Shown here one piece after another: positions 8,199-18,821 of a stretch of 62,944 nucleotides of DNA (its first letter is position 1; every line of letters begins with the position of its first letter). Under the pieces are notes generated by a model that ran no database searches, was not told where the DNA came from, and saw only the letters and a list, made by a program, of their open reading frames with translations. The DNA lies in assembly GCA_044222475.1 (NCBI GenBank), contig JBGANF010000039.1, forward strand, positions 1 through 62,944. The letters run 5' to 3'. This stretch comes from Polyangiaceae bacterium. GTDB lineage: Bacteria; Myxococcota_A; Polyangia; Polyangiales; Polyangiaceae. Position numbers and translations under genes: made by a program.

Positions 8199-11100
8199 AT
8201 GGTCGAGGCCCCCGCACGAGACGCCACCCCGCAAGAGAGCGCCGCCGCGCAAAGGGTGGGATCCACCATCAAGGGCAAGTGGCACATCGACGCCCTGCTC
8301 GGATTGGGCGGAATGGCGGCCGTCTACGCGGGCACGCACCGCAACGGGCAGCGCGCGGCGCTCAAGATCATGCACCTCGATCTCGCGCGAGACACGGGGA
8401 TCGTCGATCGATTTCTGCGTGAGGCTTACGTCGCAAACAAGGTCGGCCACCCCGCCATCGCCCGCGTCATCGACGACGACGTGACCGAGGCCGACGAGCC
8501 CTTCCTCGTCATGGAGCTCCTCGAAGGCGAGACGGTGAAAGACCTCTGGCGCCGCGCCGGGCGGGTGCCCATCAAGGACGCGCTCCACATCGGGGAGCGA
8601 ATCCTCGACTGTCTCGCGGCGTGCCACGCGGCCGGGATCGTCCACCGGGACCTCAAGCCGGCGAACGTGTTTCTCACCAAGCGCGGTGACGTGAAGCTGC
8701 TCGACTTCGGCGTCGCGCGCGAGCGCGAGGCGAGCGCGGAGCGCGGCGGCGCCGGTCTCGCCCTCGGTACACCCGCGTACATGTCGCCCGAGCAGGCGAA
8801 GGGGCTCGTCGAGAAGATCGACGGTCGCAGCGATCTCTTCTCGGTCGGCGCGCTCCTCCACGCGCTGATCACCGGTCGGCGAATTCATCGTGGTCGCACC
8901 GAACAGGAGTCGCTGAAGCTCGCCGCGACCCAACCCGTTCCTCCGGTCGGCGCCCTCGCTCCCGACCTCCCGCCCGAGGTCCAACGGTTGATCGACAAAG
9001 CGCTCGCTTGGGAGCCTCGCGATCGGTACCCCGACGCCCGAGCGATGCAGAGCGCGGCGCTCGGCGCGATGAACGTGGTCGATCGGATGGGGGACGTCGC
9101 GCAGGACGCGGTCCCCTACACCGAGGAAGGTGACGAGCGCACGCCGGTCCACGAGCCGGTCGAGCGCAGCGACCCTCGCGTCGCCGAGCTCGAGCGCGTC
9201 GCAGTCTTGATGCAAGCCGCCTACGTGGCGATCGCGGCGCGCGGTGCCAAGGACTCGGCGTCGATCACGGCGAGCGGCGCGCTCGCGCGGCAGGTGCAGG
9301 CGGTGCTCGACGGTCGCGGGGCCGTGCAGCTCGCGCTGAGGCCGTACGGGCTCACTGCGTTCGGCCACGTGGTCCTCGAAGCGGACGGGCCGTTCAGCGT
9401 CGCGCTCCACCGCATGTTCGACTCAGGCGCTCGCACGATTCGGCTGCTTCAAGGCGCGAACGAACCGAAGCTCTCGGCCTTCCTCGCGTTGCTGGTCGAG
9501 ACTCCGGACACGCTCGACCTCGGCGCCACGCTGTGGGCGCAGCTGCCGGACGCGATCCGCGTCGACACCGCGCTCGTGATCGCCGAAGGAAACCTGCGCG
9601 ACCGAGAGCGCTTCTTCGAGGAGAGCGTCGCTCTCGAGACGCGCCTCATCCAGCGCACGCACGCCGCGCGAAAGGCCTTCCCGACCGAGGCATCGCCCCT
9701 CGCGCCGGACGAGGTCGTGCGCGCCGTGTACGCCGCGCAGCTCGATCTCAGCCGTTTCTTCGACCGGTACGGCGACGCGGTGACCACTGCGCTCCTCGCC
9801 GCGGCTCGCGAGCGCGAGATCCCGACGGTGCTCGACGCGCTCCGCCGCATGGGCGCGGAGCTCCACGGCACCGGTCGCTCGGACGACGTGGTTCGACTCG
9901 AGAAGTCCGTCGCGCAGAGCCTCGCGCAGCGGCTCCCACCGAAGGACGCGCCCAAGCTCACGTCGGCGGTGCGCTCCGCGCTCTACGGGAAGGACGCGCT
10001 CGCCGCGCTCCTCCGTGCGGGAGGGCGCGCCGGTGACGCGGTGCCCGAGGCGCTGCTCAAGGTTCTCGACGATCTCCCGCGGAGCGAGGTTCCCGTCCTT
10101 CAATCGGCGCTCGGCCGTCCCGCGCTGCCGCGCAAGCTGCGCGATCTGTTGATTCACCACGTCGCGCGCTTGGCCGGGCCCGAAGAAGAGGACCGTGCGC
10201 GGAGTACGTCGAGCGTGGCGGAGCACGCCGCGCCCATCCTCCCTTCACGCGACCCCGACGCCGCGTCCGACGCCGCCGCGCTTCATGCGTTCGCGCTCCT
10301 CGTGGCGCGCGCCGAGGCGAAGGATCTCCGTTCGTCCGAGTTCGAGCGCGCCCTCTCGGACGCGGCGAACCACTTCGCTGCGCGGACCGCGCCGCTCGAG
10401 GTCCTGTTCGTCTACGGCGCGACGTTCGTCGGTCATCGCGCGCTCTTCGGTACGCGCGAAGAGGAAGACGCCGTCCTCGCGCTCGGAGCCACGCTCGCAC
10501 GCTGCGGTGGAGCCTTCCTCGAGGTCGATCAAGACGTCGCAGCGGCCGACCTGCGTGCGTTCGTCGAGGCGGTCGCCGCGTCCCTCGCCAAAGACGACGG
10601 GAGCTTCTCGTCGGCGACGAACAAGCTGCGATTGCTACCCGTGAGCGACGTCCTGCGGACGCGCGGTGTCGACGTCGAGCGGCTCGCCCCCGAGCCGCGG
10701 GCGGTTCGCGCGGTCGCCGCTGCGACGATCGCAATCCGCGGCTTCCGCGAAGCGGTGAAGGCGAAGAAGTACGCGCTCCCGCGAGCGATCACCCGCGCCG
10801 TGAACGAGTTGGCGTCGCTCCTCCCGGCGCCTCCGTGGCTCGTCGCCGCCCTCCTCGAGCCCGGCTCCGATCCGGACGAGATCGCGGTCGCGACCGCGCT
10901 GCTGGCTGGCGCAACGGTCGCGCAGCTCTCGGACGAGCGGCTCGTCGTCGCGGATGCGATCCTCGCGACGCTGCTCGTCCACGTCGCTCTCGCCCGCGCC
11001 GGCGACCCCTCGGGGGAGGTGTCGCCCGTCACCGCGCTCGCGCTCGTCGCCCTCGAGCGAGGCGTGCCCGCGGTGCTCGCTTCGGCGACGGTGGCTCACG

Positions 11101-13460
11101 AGGCGATCGCGCTTCGCGGAGGGAAGGCACCCGGCGCGCGCGCGCCACTCCTTCACGCGCGCGTCGTGCACCTCGCGCGGAGCTACTTCGAGCTGCTCAC
11201 CGATCGCTCGTCGGTCGCCGTCGCGAACCCCGAGACGGTCGTCGCTCAGCTCGCCGGTCGCCTCACGGATCCGGCCGACAAGATCCTCCTCCGGTTGATC
11301 GTCGCGGCGCTCGCGTTCCTTCCGTCGGGCACCGTCGTCAAGCTCGGCTCGGGTGAGGTCGCCGAGGTGATCGCGTCGAACCGCGGACAGGGTCGCGGTC
11401 CGATGGCGCGGATCGTCATGGACGAGCACGGAGAGGAGTACGCCGATCCGTTCGAGGTCGAGCTCCTCCCCGGTGACGAGTCGATGCGCGTCGCGAAGGT
11501 CATCAACGTCGACCAGTGGCGAAGGGGTCCCGTCCGAGTGATCTCGCGACCACCCGGCGGCTCCGGCTTCACCGGGCGAGCGCCGATGTCGGCCGCGCCC
11601 GAAGCGCCGCCGCGCGTCGTGCCGTCCATGTCGATGAAAGCGATCCCGCGTGAAGAGGCGCCGGATCCGCTTCCGAGCACGACGCGCGTGCCGACGCCCG
11701 TGCCGATGAGCGCGATGCCGGTCTCGTCGCCGAGCCCTCCTGCCTCTGCGCGGCCCTCGCGCACCATCGAGCCTCTCCTTCGGCCGGAGGGGGCCACGCC
11801 GACCGCAAGCGGCGTGCTCTCCGGGACGCCGCTCGCACACGTCCTCGTCTACATGCTCGATCACGGCCTCACCGGCACGGTGGAGATCGGCGAGCCCGAC
11901 GAGACGACCCACCACGTGCGCTTCGTCCGCGGGGTGCCGGTCAACGTGCGCACCGGGAGGATCGTCGCGCCGCTCGGGGCGCAGCTCGTGGAAGCGGGCC
12001 TCCTCGGCGATGCGGAGGCGGCAGAGGCGGTCACGGCGGCGAAGGCGACCGGCGTTCGGGTCGGAGAGTATCTGCTCGGACGCGACCTCCTCGCCCGCGT
12101 CGATCTCATGCGTCAGCTGGAGCTGCAGGTCCATCGCAAGCTCGAAGCGCTGACGAACGTCGATCCGAGGTCGACGTACTCCTTCTTCCGCGACGTCGAC
12201 TTCTTCCCGGAGGGCGAGATCCCGCTCGAAATCGATCCGCTGCGCGCGGTGCTCGGCGTCGCGCGCGCATGGGGCGATCACGATCGCGTGAGGAAGACGC
12301 TCGACCGCGTCGCGGCGCTCGTCCTCCAGCTTCACCCCGAGTCGACGCTCGACCTCGTCGAGCTCGAGCACGACGAACGTGCGGTCCTCGCCGATCTCCG
12401 CGCCGCGCCGTGCACGTTCGGCGAGCTCGCGGGTCGCCGTCGCGCACCGGCCGAGGTCGTCGCGGCCTTCGTGTTCGCGGCGCTCGTCACTCGCCAGTTC
12501 CTCGTCCCGAACCAGACCAAGCCGCCGATGGGCGTGCGGCCGCGCCCCCGTTCGGCGCTGTCGTCGCCCGTACCCGATCGCATCTCGGCGTTGCCGCGGA
12601 GCCCCACCGCGCCACCGGTCAACGACATCGCGCGCCTCGACTCGCCGCCGCCGCAGTCGATCCCGATTCCGCCGCCGATGTCTCAGCGCGTCGCACCGAT
12701 CGCGGCGCCGCCGCCGGGCGACCGCATGAGCCCGATCCCGACTGCGCCGTCGTCGCAGAAGATCATCCCCCCCGCGCCGCCTTCCCACCAGGTCATCCCG
12801 TCCTCGCCGCCTTCGCAACGGGTGATCCCTTCCGCACCGCCTTCGCAACGGGTGATCCCCTCCGCACCGCCTTCCCAGCGCAGCTTCCCGTCGCCGCCGA
12901 TCTCGGAGCGGCCCCGCGATCGACCTTCTGGTCCAACGTCCGGCGCGCCCCCGGCCAAGCGAATCTCGTGGTCGCAGCTCACCGCCACGCGGCGGCCGTC
13001 CAAGCCGTCGATGCCGATCCCGCGCAAGAGCCCGGTCCCTTCCGCGGCGCCGAAGGCGCCCGCGGTGCGACCGGCGCTGAACCCGAAACAACAGGAGGCC
13101 CTCGCCGCCCTGAAACCGGTGGAGAACGCGCTCGCGTCGAAGGACACGAAGAGCGCGTTGCGTCACGCGCGCAAGGCGCAAGCGATCGACGCGACCGTGC
13201 CCGACGTCAACGCGCTCGCGATCTGGGTTCAAGCGCTCGATGGGTCCCTCAAGACGTCCGCTGCGATCACCGAGCTCGCGTCGGTGATCGAGGGCGATCC
13301 GACGTGCATTCGCGCGCGGGTCTATCGCGCGAAGCTGCTCAAGCGGGACAACAAGCTCCAAGAGGCGAAGGCAGAGCTGGAGCGCGCCCTCGTCGACGAC
13401 CCGACGCATCGCGAAGCGCAGAACGAGCTCAAGCTCCTGATGCTCACGTTCCGCCGGTGA
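8199..13460 (+). CDS. Large multidomain Ser/Thr protein kinase (kinase, helical region, degenerate HD-GYP-like, DUF4388-like, Pro-rich, TPR)
   Basis: GLGGMAAVY, ALK, HRDLKPAN, DFG and GTPAYMSPE; LPSGTVVKLGSGEVAEV; GVLSGTPLAHVL..LTGTVEI; TPR-like C-terminus. Confidence 0.88.
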   Translation: MVEAPARDATPQESAAAQRVGSTIKGKWHIDALLGLGGMAAVYAGTHRNGQRAALKIMHLDLARDTGIVDRFLREAYVANKVGHPAIARVIDDDVTEADEPFLVMELLEGETVKDLWRRAGRVPIKDALHIGERILDCLAACHAAGIVHRDLKPANVFLTKRGDVKLLDFGVAREREASAERGGAGLALGTPAYMSPEQAKGLVEKIDGRSDLFSVGALLHALITGRRIHRGRTEQESLKLAATQPVPPVGALAPDLPPEVQRLIDKALAWEPRDRYPDARAMQSAALGAMNVVDRMGDVAQDAVPYTEEGDERTPVHEPVERSDPRVAELERVAVLMQAAYVAIAARGAKDSASITASGALARQVQAVLDGRGAVQLALRPYGLTAFGHVVLEADGPFSVALHRMFDSGARTIRLLQGANEPKLSAFLALLVETPDTLDLGATLWAQLPDAIRVDTALVIAEGNLRDRERFFEESVALETRLIQRTHAARKAFPTEASPLAPDEVVRAVYAAQLDLSRFFDRYGDAVTTALLAAAREREIPTVLDALRRMGAELHGTGRSDDVVRLEKSVAQSLAQRLPPKDAPKLTSAVRSALYGKDALAALLRAGGRAGDAVPEALLKVLDDLPRSEVPVLQSALGRPALPRKLRDLLIHHVARLAGPEEEDRARSTSSVAEHAAPILPSRDPDAASDAAALHAFALLVARAEAKDLRSSEFERALSDAANHFAARTAPLEVLFVYGATFVGHRALFGTREEEDAVLALGATLARCGGAFLEVDQDVAAADLRAFVEAVAASLAKDDGSFSSATNKLRLLPVSDVLRTRGVDVERLAPEPRAVRAVAAATIAIRGFREAVKAKKYALPRAITRAVNELASLLPAPPWLVAALLEPGSDPDEIAVATALLAGATVAQLSDERLVVADAILATLLVHVALARAGDPSGEVSPVTALALVALERGVPAVLASATVAHEAIALRGGKAPGARAPLLHARVVHLARSYFELLTDRSSVAVANPETVVAQLAGRLTDPADKILLRLIVAALAFLPSGTVVKLGSGEVAEVIASNRGQGRGPMARIVMDEHGEEYADPFEVELLPGDESMRVAKVINVDQWRRGPVRVISRPPGGSGFTGRAPMSAAPEAPPRVVPSMSMKAIPREEAPDPLPSTTRVPTPVPMSAMPVSSPSPPASARPSRTIEPLLRPEGATPTASGVLSGTPLAHVLVYMLDHGLTGTVEIGEPDETTHHVRFVRGVPVNVRTGRIVAPLGAQLVEAGLLGDAEAAEAVTAAKATGVRVGEYLLGRDLLARVDLMRQLELQVHRKLEALTNVDPRSTYSFFRDVDFFPEGEIPLEIDPLRAVLGVARAWGDHDRVRKTLDRVAALVLQLHPESTLDLVELEHDERAVLADLRAAPCTFGELAGRRRAPAEVVAAFVFAALVTRQFLVPNQTKPPMGVRPRPRSALSSPVPDRISALPRSPTAPPVNDIARLDSPPPQSIPIPPPMSQRVAPIAAPPPGDRMSPIPTAPSSQKIIPPAPPSHQVIPSSPPSQRVIPSAPPSQRVIPSAPPSQRSFPSPPISERPRDRPSGPTSGAPPAKRISWSQLTATRRPSKPSMPIPRKSPVPSAAPKAPAVRPALNPKQQEALAALKPVENALASKDTKSALRHARKAQAIDATVPDVNALAIWVQALDGSLKTSAAITELASVIEGDPTCIRARVYRAKLLKRDNKLQEAKAELERALVDDPTHREAQNELKLLMLTFRR
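12747..12896 (+). repeat. 30-bp coding tandem repeat x5 (PPSQRVIPSA-like)
   Basis: Units at 12747, 12777, 12807, 12837 and 12867. Confidence 0.85.
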
Positions 13461-13472
13461 GCGCGGCCCGCG

Positions 13473-13859
13473 TCAGGGCTTCTTCTCGATGAGCTCGATC
13501 TTGTAGCCATCGGGGTCTTGCACGAACGCGATCACGGTCGTGCCGTGCTTCATCGGCCCCGCCGGTCGCGTGACCTTGCCGCCGAGCCGTGTCACTCGCT
13601 CGCACGCCGCCGTCGCGTCGTCGACCGCGATTGCGATGTGACCGAAGCCGTCGCCCACCGTGTAGCTCTTCGTGTCCCAGTTGTGCGTGAGCTCGATCAC
13701 GGCGCTCTTCGACTCGTCGTCGTACCCGACGAACGCGAGGGTGAAACGTCCGTCGGGGTAGTCGTTCTTCCGCAGGAGCTTCATCCCCATGACCTCCGTG
13801 TAGAATACAAGCGACTTCTCGAGGTCGACGACGCGGAGCATGGTGTGGAGGATTCGCAT
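13473..13859 (-). CDS. gloA: Lactoylglutathione lyase (glyoxalase I)
   Basis: [23 protein letters not shown] and [10 protein letters not shown]. Confidence 0.95.
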   Translation of the reverse strand: MRILHTMLRVVDLEKSLVFYTEVMGMKLLRKNDYPDGRFTLAFVGYDDESKSAVIELTHNWDTKSYTVGDGFGHIAIAVDDATAACERVTRLGGKVTRPAGPMKHGTTVIAFVQDPDGYKIELIEKKP

Positions 13860-13904
13860 CCGCGGAGCATACCGAGTCGGCTGCCTCCGGCGTAGACTAG
13901 GGTC

Positions 13905-14909
13905 GTGGCCATCTCCGTCGACCGCCCCGAGCTCGCTCCGCCGCCGGAGTTTCGGTACGTCGGCTTCGAGCCAGGGCCGAGGCTACGAACGCGCCTCGCC
14001 GTCGGCGTCCTGGGCGCCGGCGCCAGCGCCGTCGCCGCGTGGCTCGGCGACATCGGGCTCCACGAGTCGTTGCTCGGCGCCTTGTTGGTCTCCACGGGAC
14101 TGCTCTACGCGCTCCGCAGCTTCGGCGGGCCGGCACGAAAAGCGATCGGCATCGCTGCGCCACTCGCGGTGATGCCGTGGGGCGTCCTCGTCGAGGACGA
14201 GCGCGCGCCGCGCGTGCTGCATTGGGCCGCGATCACGCGCGTCCATCTGCAGAGCGTCTACGGCCGCGACCAGGGCACGCCGTCCACTCTGTGGAGCTTC
14301 CTCGACGTCGAGACCCAAGGGGAGCGCTACTCGGCTCGGGCTCCGGGCGCCGTGCCGCTCGAAGGTCTCCTGGCGAACCTCGCGGCCTACACGCGCGAGG
14401 CCAGCTCGAAGATCGCCCTCGATTTCGAGGGCGGTCAAGCGGGTGAAGGTCCAGTCGAGCCCGACGTGGGGCCGCTGCTCGCCGCCGCCGACGACGCGCT
14501 GCACGCTCCGGTCGCGTCGTCCCGTCTCTCGGTCCCTCAAGCGGGCTACCGCGGCGTCGCGATCCGAGGTGCCTCACCCGAGACGTTGCAGAAGCTGCGG
14601 GCGATCTTGCGCGATCGAACGGCGCACGACCCCGATCCGCGCCCCCTCGCGTGCGTGCTCGCGGCGCTCTTGCGGGCGCGCGAGCTCGTGCCCGATCTGC
14701 TCCCGCTCGGACAGTCACCACACCCGATCGTCGCCGCCGTCGCCCGCGCGGCGGCGCAACGCATCGGCGTGAGCGCTGCGCGCACCGGCAGGATCGACGA
14801 GATCGCAGCGTTCCTCCACGACGCGGACGTTGCGGCGTTGGAGGCGTGGGTCGCCGAAGGGGCGCCAGCAGAAGACCGCGTTCTGCTACCGTCCGACGCG
14901 CCTCGATGA
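13905..14909 (+). CDS. Hypothetical membrane protein
   Basis: Fills the gap, stop overlaps the next ATG, two hydrophobic segments. Confidence 0.65.
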   Translation: MAISVDRPELAPPPEFRYVGFEPGPRLRTRLAVGVLGAGASAVAAWLGDIGLHESLLGALLVSTGLLYALRSFGGPARKAIGIAAPLAVMPWGVLVEDERAPRVLHWAAITRVHLQSVYGRDQGTPSTLWSFLDVETQGERYSARAPGAVPLEGLLANLAAYTREASSKIALDFEGGQAGEGPVEPDVGPLLAAADDALHAPVASSRLSVPQAGYRGVAIRGASPETLQKLRAILRDRTAHDPDPRPLACVLAALLRARELVPDLLPLGQSPHPIVAAVARAAAQRIGVSAARTGRIDEIAAFLHDADVAALEAWVAEGAPAEDRVLLPSDAPR

Positions 14910-15853
14910 ATACGAAGGAATACGTGGTCACGCCCGAGCTCGATGGAAGTCGGCTCGACAAGGCGGCAGCGCAGCTCGCGACCGGCCTGTCGCGCGCGCG
15001 GGTCAAGCGGGCGATCGAAGAGGGCTCGGTCCTCGTGAACGGTCGCCGACGAGCGAAGGGGGCCGTCGTTCAAGCGGGCGACGTGCTCACGATCGACGAA
15101 GGGAAGATCGCCGATCCGGACGCGCCCGCCGTGCCCACGCCGGACGCACCGCTCACGGTGGTCCTCGAGCGCGCCGATCTCCTCGTCGTCGACAAGCCTG
15201 CGGGTCAGGCGACCGCGCCGCTCCGTCCGGGCGAGACCGGCACGCTCGCCAACGCGCTCGTCGGTCGCTTTCCGGAGCTCGCGGGCATCGGGTACGGGCC
15301 CCGTGAGCCTGGGATTCTTCATCGCCTCGACGTGGGTACGTCGGGTCTGGTGCTCGTCGCGCGCACCGCCGCCGCCTTCGCCGAGCTGCGCGAGGCGCTG
15401 CAGAGCGGACGGATCGAGAAGCGCTACGAGCTCGTGTGCAAGAGCGACGGGCTGCCCGACGAAGGGTCGATCGAGTATCCGCTCACGAATCACCCCAAGG
15501 ATCAGCGGCGCGTCTACGCGTGCGTCCACCCGCGCGACGTCATGCGGTACGCGCCGCGCCCCGCGATGACCGAGTACCGCGTACTCGCGCGCGGTGGCGG
15601 TCACGCGCACGTCGAGGTGAAGGTCGCGAAGGCGCTGAGGCACCAGATCCGCGTTCACTTCTCGAGCTTCGGATTCCCGCTGATCGGCGACGTCCTGTAC
15701 GGCGCCGACGAGGTGCCCGGGCTCGCTCGCCACGCGCTGCACGCGTCGAAGATCTCGTTCGTCGGCAGCGGCTCGATCGCACCGTTCGAGGCCACGAGCG
15801 CGCTCCCGAGCGAGCTGGCTGCGCTGTTTGCGCCGGCGGGAGATCCAGCGTAG
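14906..15853 (+). CDS. RluA/RluD-family pseudouridine synthase with S4 domain
   Basis: RLDK S4 domain, VDKPAG, catalytic HRLDVGTSGL, HQIRVH, GDVLYG and LHA. Confidence 0.9.
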   Translation: MNTKEYVVTPELDGSRLDKAAAQLATGLSRARVKRAIEEGSVLVNGRRRAKGAVVQAGDVLTIDEGKIADPDAPAVPTPDAPLTVVLERADLLVVDKPAGQATAPLRPGETGTLANALVGRFPELAGIGYGPREPGILHRLDVGTSGLVLVARTAAAFAELREALQSGRIEKRYELVCKSDGLPDEGSIEYPLTNHPKDQRRVYACVHPRDVMRYAPRPAMTEYRVLARGGGHAHVEVKVAKALRHQIRVHFSSFGFPLIGDVLYGADEVPGLARHALHASKISFVGSGSIAPFEATSALPSELAALFAPAGDPA

Positions 15854-15862
15854 TTTTTGCCC

Positions 15863-17314
15863 ATGAGGGCCAAGCTCGGGGTTTTGGCGGCGGCGCTTGC
15901 GGCCGTCGTCATCGTGGCGTGTGCCGTCGGAACGACGCCTCCGCCGGGGCCGGAGTGCAAGTCCACCGAGACGGTGTGCAGCGGCGTCTGCGCCGACCTC
16001 CAAGGCGACAGCCTGAACTGTGGCAAGTGCGGCGCGGAGTGCGGCACCGGTCTCGTGTGCGTCAAAGGCGCGTGCGCCACGAGCTGTCCGCCAGGAAACT
16101 CGGCGTGCGGCGGTGACGCCGGCACCGGCGCGAAGTGCGTCAACACCAAGACCGACAACACCAACTGCGGTGGCTGCGGCAAGGTCTGCAAGAGCGGCGA
16201 AGTCTGCGCGGGCAGCCAGTGCGTGGGGAGCTGCGGCACCCAGACGCTCGGGCAGACGAGCTGCGTGTCCGACGCCGGCGCGAGCTACTGCGCGAACCTC
16301 AAGAACGACAACCAGAACTGCGGCGCGTGCGGCAAGGCGTGCCCGAGTGACCAGGTGTGTGCGCTCGGCGTGTGCCAGGGGTCGTGCACCGTCGATCAGA
16401 CGAAGTGCGGTGGCGACGGCGGCCCGGCCTACTGCGCCAACACCAAGACCGACAACGCGAACTGCGGCGCGTGCGGCAAGACGTGCGGCGTCCTCGAGGC
16501 GTGCGTCGACGGCACCTGCAGCTCCTTCTGCACGAGCTTCCAGAAGCTCTGCGTACCGGACGGCGGCGCGCCGTCGTGCATCGACTACCTCACCGACAAC
16601 AAGAACTGCGGCACGTGCGGCAACGTCTGCCCGGTGAACAAGCCGATGTGCTCGGGCGGCGCGTGCAACGACGGCACCTGCAACAAGACCGCCCTCCTCC
16701 TGGGCGACGGTGTCGCCGCGAGCAACACGGCGTACCAGAACCTCCTCACCGCGGCCGGATTCTCGGTGACGCTGCAGGCCAGCGGGACGACCACCTACAC
16801 CGGCTCGCCCGCAGCGTCGACGTTCGGCGTCGTCATCGTGACGCCGGGCAACACGTACGCGACGGACATGCCGCTCCTCGGCCAGCAGGCGATCATCGCC
16901 GGCCAAGCGGCGAACGCGGGCATCGTGTTCACCGAGTTCTTCGCGTACCACATCACCAACAGCCGCTACCTCACCCTCCAGCCGCTGCTCCTCTTCCCGC
17001 GAACGACGGGCTACGCGTCCGTCATGACGTTCAACGTGACCCAGGTGAACCACCCGATCTGGGCGGGGTTGCCGAGCACGTTCAGCACGGCCTCGATGCT
17101 CTCGAGCTCGGGGGCGCTCATCGGCGCCGCCCAGCAAATTGCATCCTACACGCAGTCGGGCAACAACCCCGGCGTCGCCATCCGGGACAACGGAGGCGGT
17201 CGCATCGTCCAGATCGCGCACAGCGCCGGGTACAACAACCAGCCTTGGTACAACGACGCGAACCTGGTGAAGATGATGTCGAACTCGGCCCTCTGGGCGG
17301 CGCGGTGCAACTGA
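15863..17314 (+). CDS. Cys-rich repeat lipoprotein (5 DxxNCGxCG repeats) with C-terminal globular domain
   Basis: Lipobox IVAC; repeated DNxNCGACG units; ~200-aa non-repeat C-terminus. Confidence 0.8.
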   Translation: MRAKLGVLAAALAAVVIVACAVGTTPPPGPECKSTETVCSGVCADLQGDSLNCGKCGAECGTGLVCVKGACATSCPPGNSACGGDAGTGAKCVNTKTDNTNCGGCGKVCKSGEVCAGSQCVGSCGTQTLGQTSCVSDAGASYCANLKNDNQNCGACGKACPSDQVCALGVCQGSCTVDQTKCGGDGGPAYCANTKTDNANCGACGKTCGVLEACVDGTCSSFCTSFQKLCVPDGGAPSCIDYLTDNKNCGTCGNVCPVNKPMCSGGACNDGTCNKTALLLGDGVAASNTAYQNLLTAAGFSVTLQASGTTTYTGSPAASTFGVVIVTPGNTYATDMPLLGQQAIIAGQAANAGIVFTEFFAYHITNSRYLTLQPLLLFPRTTGYASVMTFNVTQVNHPIWAGLPSTFSTASMLSSSGALIGAAQQIASYTQSGNNPGVAIRDNGGGRIVQIAHSAGYNNQPWYNDANLVKMMSNSALWAARCN

Positions 17315-18156
17315 TGAGCCGTCGAATCCTCGCTCAAGTGCTCATCGCCGGCGCCGTCGCCGCAGCGCTCGTCGTCGCGTCGGCGTGCGGTGACACGACG
17401 TCCGATACCGGCGGTTGCGCAGCGGTGCAGACGAGCTGCAACGGCGTCTGCACCAACGTCCTCGCCGATCCAAAGAACTGCGGCGCGTGCGGCAACGCGT
17501 GCGGCGCGGCGAACGTCTGCTCGCACGGGGTCTGTGTCTCGGTGTGCGCAGGCGGCGAAGAGGCGTGCCCGGTCGACGGCGGCGGGTTCTGCACGAACAC
17601 CAAGAGCGACAACGCGAACTGCGGCGCGTGCGGCAATGCGTGCAAGCCGCTCGAGTCGTGCGTGAACGGCGCATGCGGGGCAGGTTGCTCGTCGGGTCAG
17701 ACCGGCTGCCAGCCGGTCGATGGGGGAGCGCCCTACTGCGCCAACACCCAGAGTGACAACCTCAACTGCGGCGCGTGCGGCAACGCGTGCGGGCCGCAGA
17801 AGGTCTGCGTCCAAGGCGCGTGCGTCGGCTCGTGCTTGCAGAACCAGATCATCTGCTCGCCCGAGGCCGGAGCGCCGTACTGCGCCAAGGCCGACACCGA
17901 CAACGCGAACTGCGGCGCGTGCGGCAAGACCTGCGGCGTCCTCGAGGTGTGCGCGGCCGGCAAGTGCGGCTCGGCGTGTCTGCAGACGCAGACGAAGTGC
18001 TCGCCGCCGGACGGTGGCCTCGCGCCCGACGGCGGGCCGGCGGCGTCGTTCTGTGCGGACCTTCAGAGCGACAACGCGAACTGCGGGGCGTGCAACAAGG
18101 TGTGCCCGAGTCAGACGCCGTTGTGCGTGAATGGGACGTGCGTGAGTACGGGGTGA
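17314..18156 (+). CDS. Cys-rich repeat lipoprotein (5 DxxNCGAC repeats), paralog of the upstream gene
   Basis: ATG overlaps the upstream TGA; lipobox ASAC; repeats only. Confidence 0.8.
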   Translation: MSRRILAQVLIAGAVAAALVVASACGDTTSDTGGCAAVQTSCNGVCTNVLADPKNCGACGNACGAANVCSHGVCVSVCAGGEEACPVDGGGFCTNTKSDNANCGACGNACKPLESCVNGACGAGCSSGQTGCQPVDGGAPYCANTQSDNLNCGACGNACGPQKVCVQGACVGSCLQNQIICSPEAGAPYCAKADTDNANCGACGKTCGVLEVCAAGKCGSACLQTQTKCSPPDGGLAPDGGPAASFCADLQSDNANCGACNKVCPSQTPLCVNGTCVSTG

Positions 18157-18157
18157 T

Positions 18158-18228
18158 GCCCCTCACCGCGGCGCTTCGCGCCGCGACTCTCCCCTTACGC
18201 GGCGCTTGGCGCCGCGTGGGGAGAGTGG
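18158..18228. repeat. REP-like nested palindrome (CCCCTC-hairpin-CTCTCCCC-hairpin-GGGGAGAG)
   Basis: GCGGCGC TTC GCGCCGC hairpin, then CTCTCCCC..ACGCGGCGC..GCGCCGCGT GGGGAGAG. Confidence 0.7.
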
Positions 18229-18331
18229 TTCCAGCGATGTACGCGCTTGGTACATCGCGTCTGCCGACCCGTCCCCATCCCCGTCCCCGTCCCCGTCCCC
18301 GTGCCGCGGCCACTCGTCGGTCATGCGCTTC

Positions 18332-18472
18332 GGGGCGAGCGGTGAGGTCATGCCCCAAAGCGGAAGATTCGCGCCAAGCGCTCGCATTGCGGACTCGGCA
18401 CACGCGCGACGTACTCCGTTGCGCTTGTCACGAATCTTCCGCGGTGGGGGGCATGACCTCACCCCTCGCCCC
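18332..18472 (+). promoter_or_regulatory. Long inverted repeat (~50-bp arms) covering the start of DUF559 copy 1
   Basis: Arm 18332-18381 is a near reverse complement of 18421-18472, which includes ATG 18453. Confidence 0.8.
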
Positions 18473-18821
18473 TTCGCTGTTCACTCTCACGGAATTCGCT
18501 CGGCAGCATCGCAAGGCGCCTACGGCTTCAGAGGCGCTGCTTTGGAACGCGCTTCGTGACCGGCGCTTCCGCGGCATCAAGTTCCGTCGCGAGCATGTGC
18601 TTCATCCGTTCATCGTCGACTTCTACGCGGCTTCGCTGAAGCTCGTCGTCGAGGTCGACGGCGGCTACCACGCGACGCGTTCCGCCGAAGATGCCGCTCG
18701 CGATGCGGCGCTCGCGCGGCTCCACGGCGTCCGCGTCGTTCGGTTCGAGGCCTGGCGCGTCGAGCGCGAGCTCGGCGCAGTGCTCGTGGCGCTCGCCGGT
18801 GAGGTGGCACCTCGGCGCTAG
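18453..18821 (+). CDS. DUF559/Vsr-like endonuclease domain protein (copy 1)
   Basis: ARQHRKAPTASEALLW, KFRREH, FIVDFY, LVVEVDGGYH, D..RD and VVRF pattern. Confidence 0.85.
   Translation: MTSPLAPSLFTLTEFARQHRKAPTASEALLWNALRDRRFRGIKFRREHVLHPFIVDFYAASLKLVVEVDGGYHATRSAEDAARDAALARLHGVRVVRFEAWRVERELGAVLVALAGEVAPRR

Noticed and set aside
10635..13409. 924-aa antisense ORF (also 5405..7642, 14546..17221, 36307..38406, 54497..56878, 60076..62382)
   Set aside because: Shadow ORFs opposite well-supported genes; expected at this GC content and without motifs.
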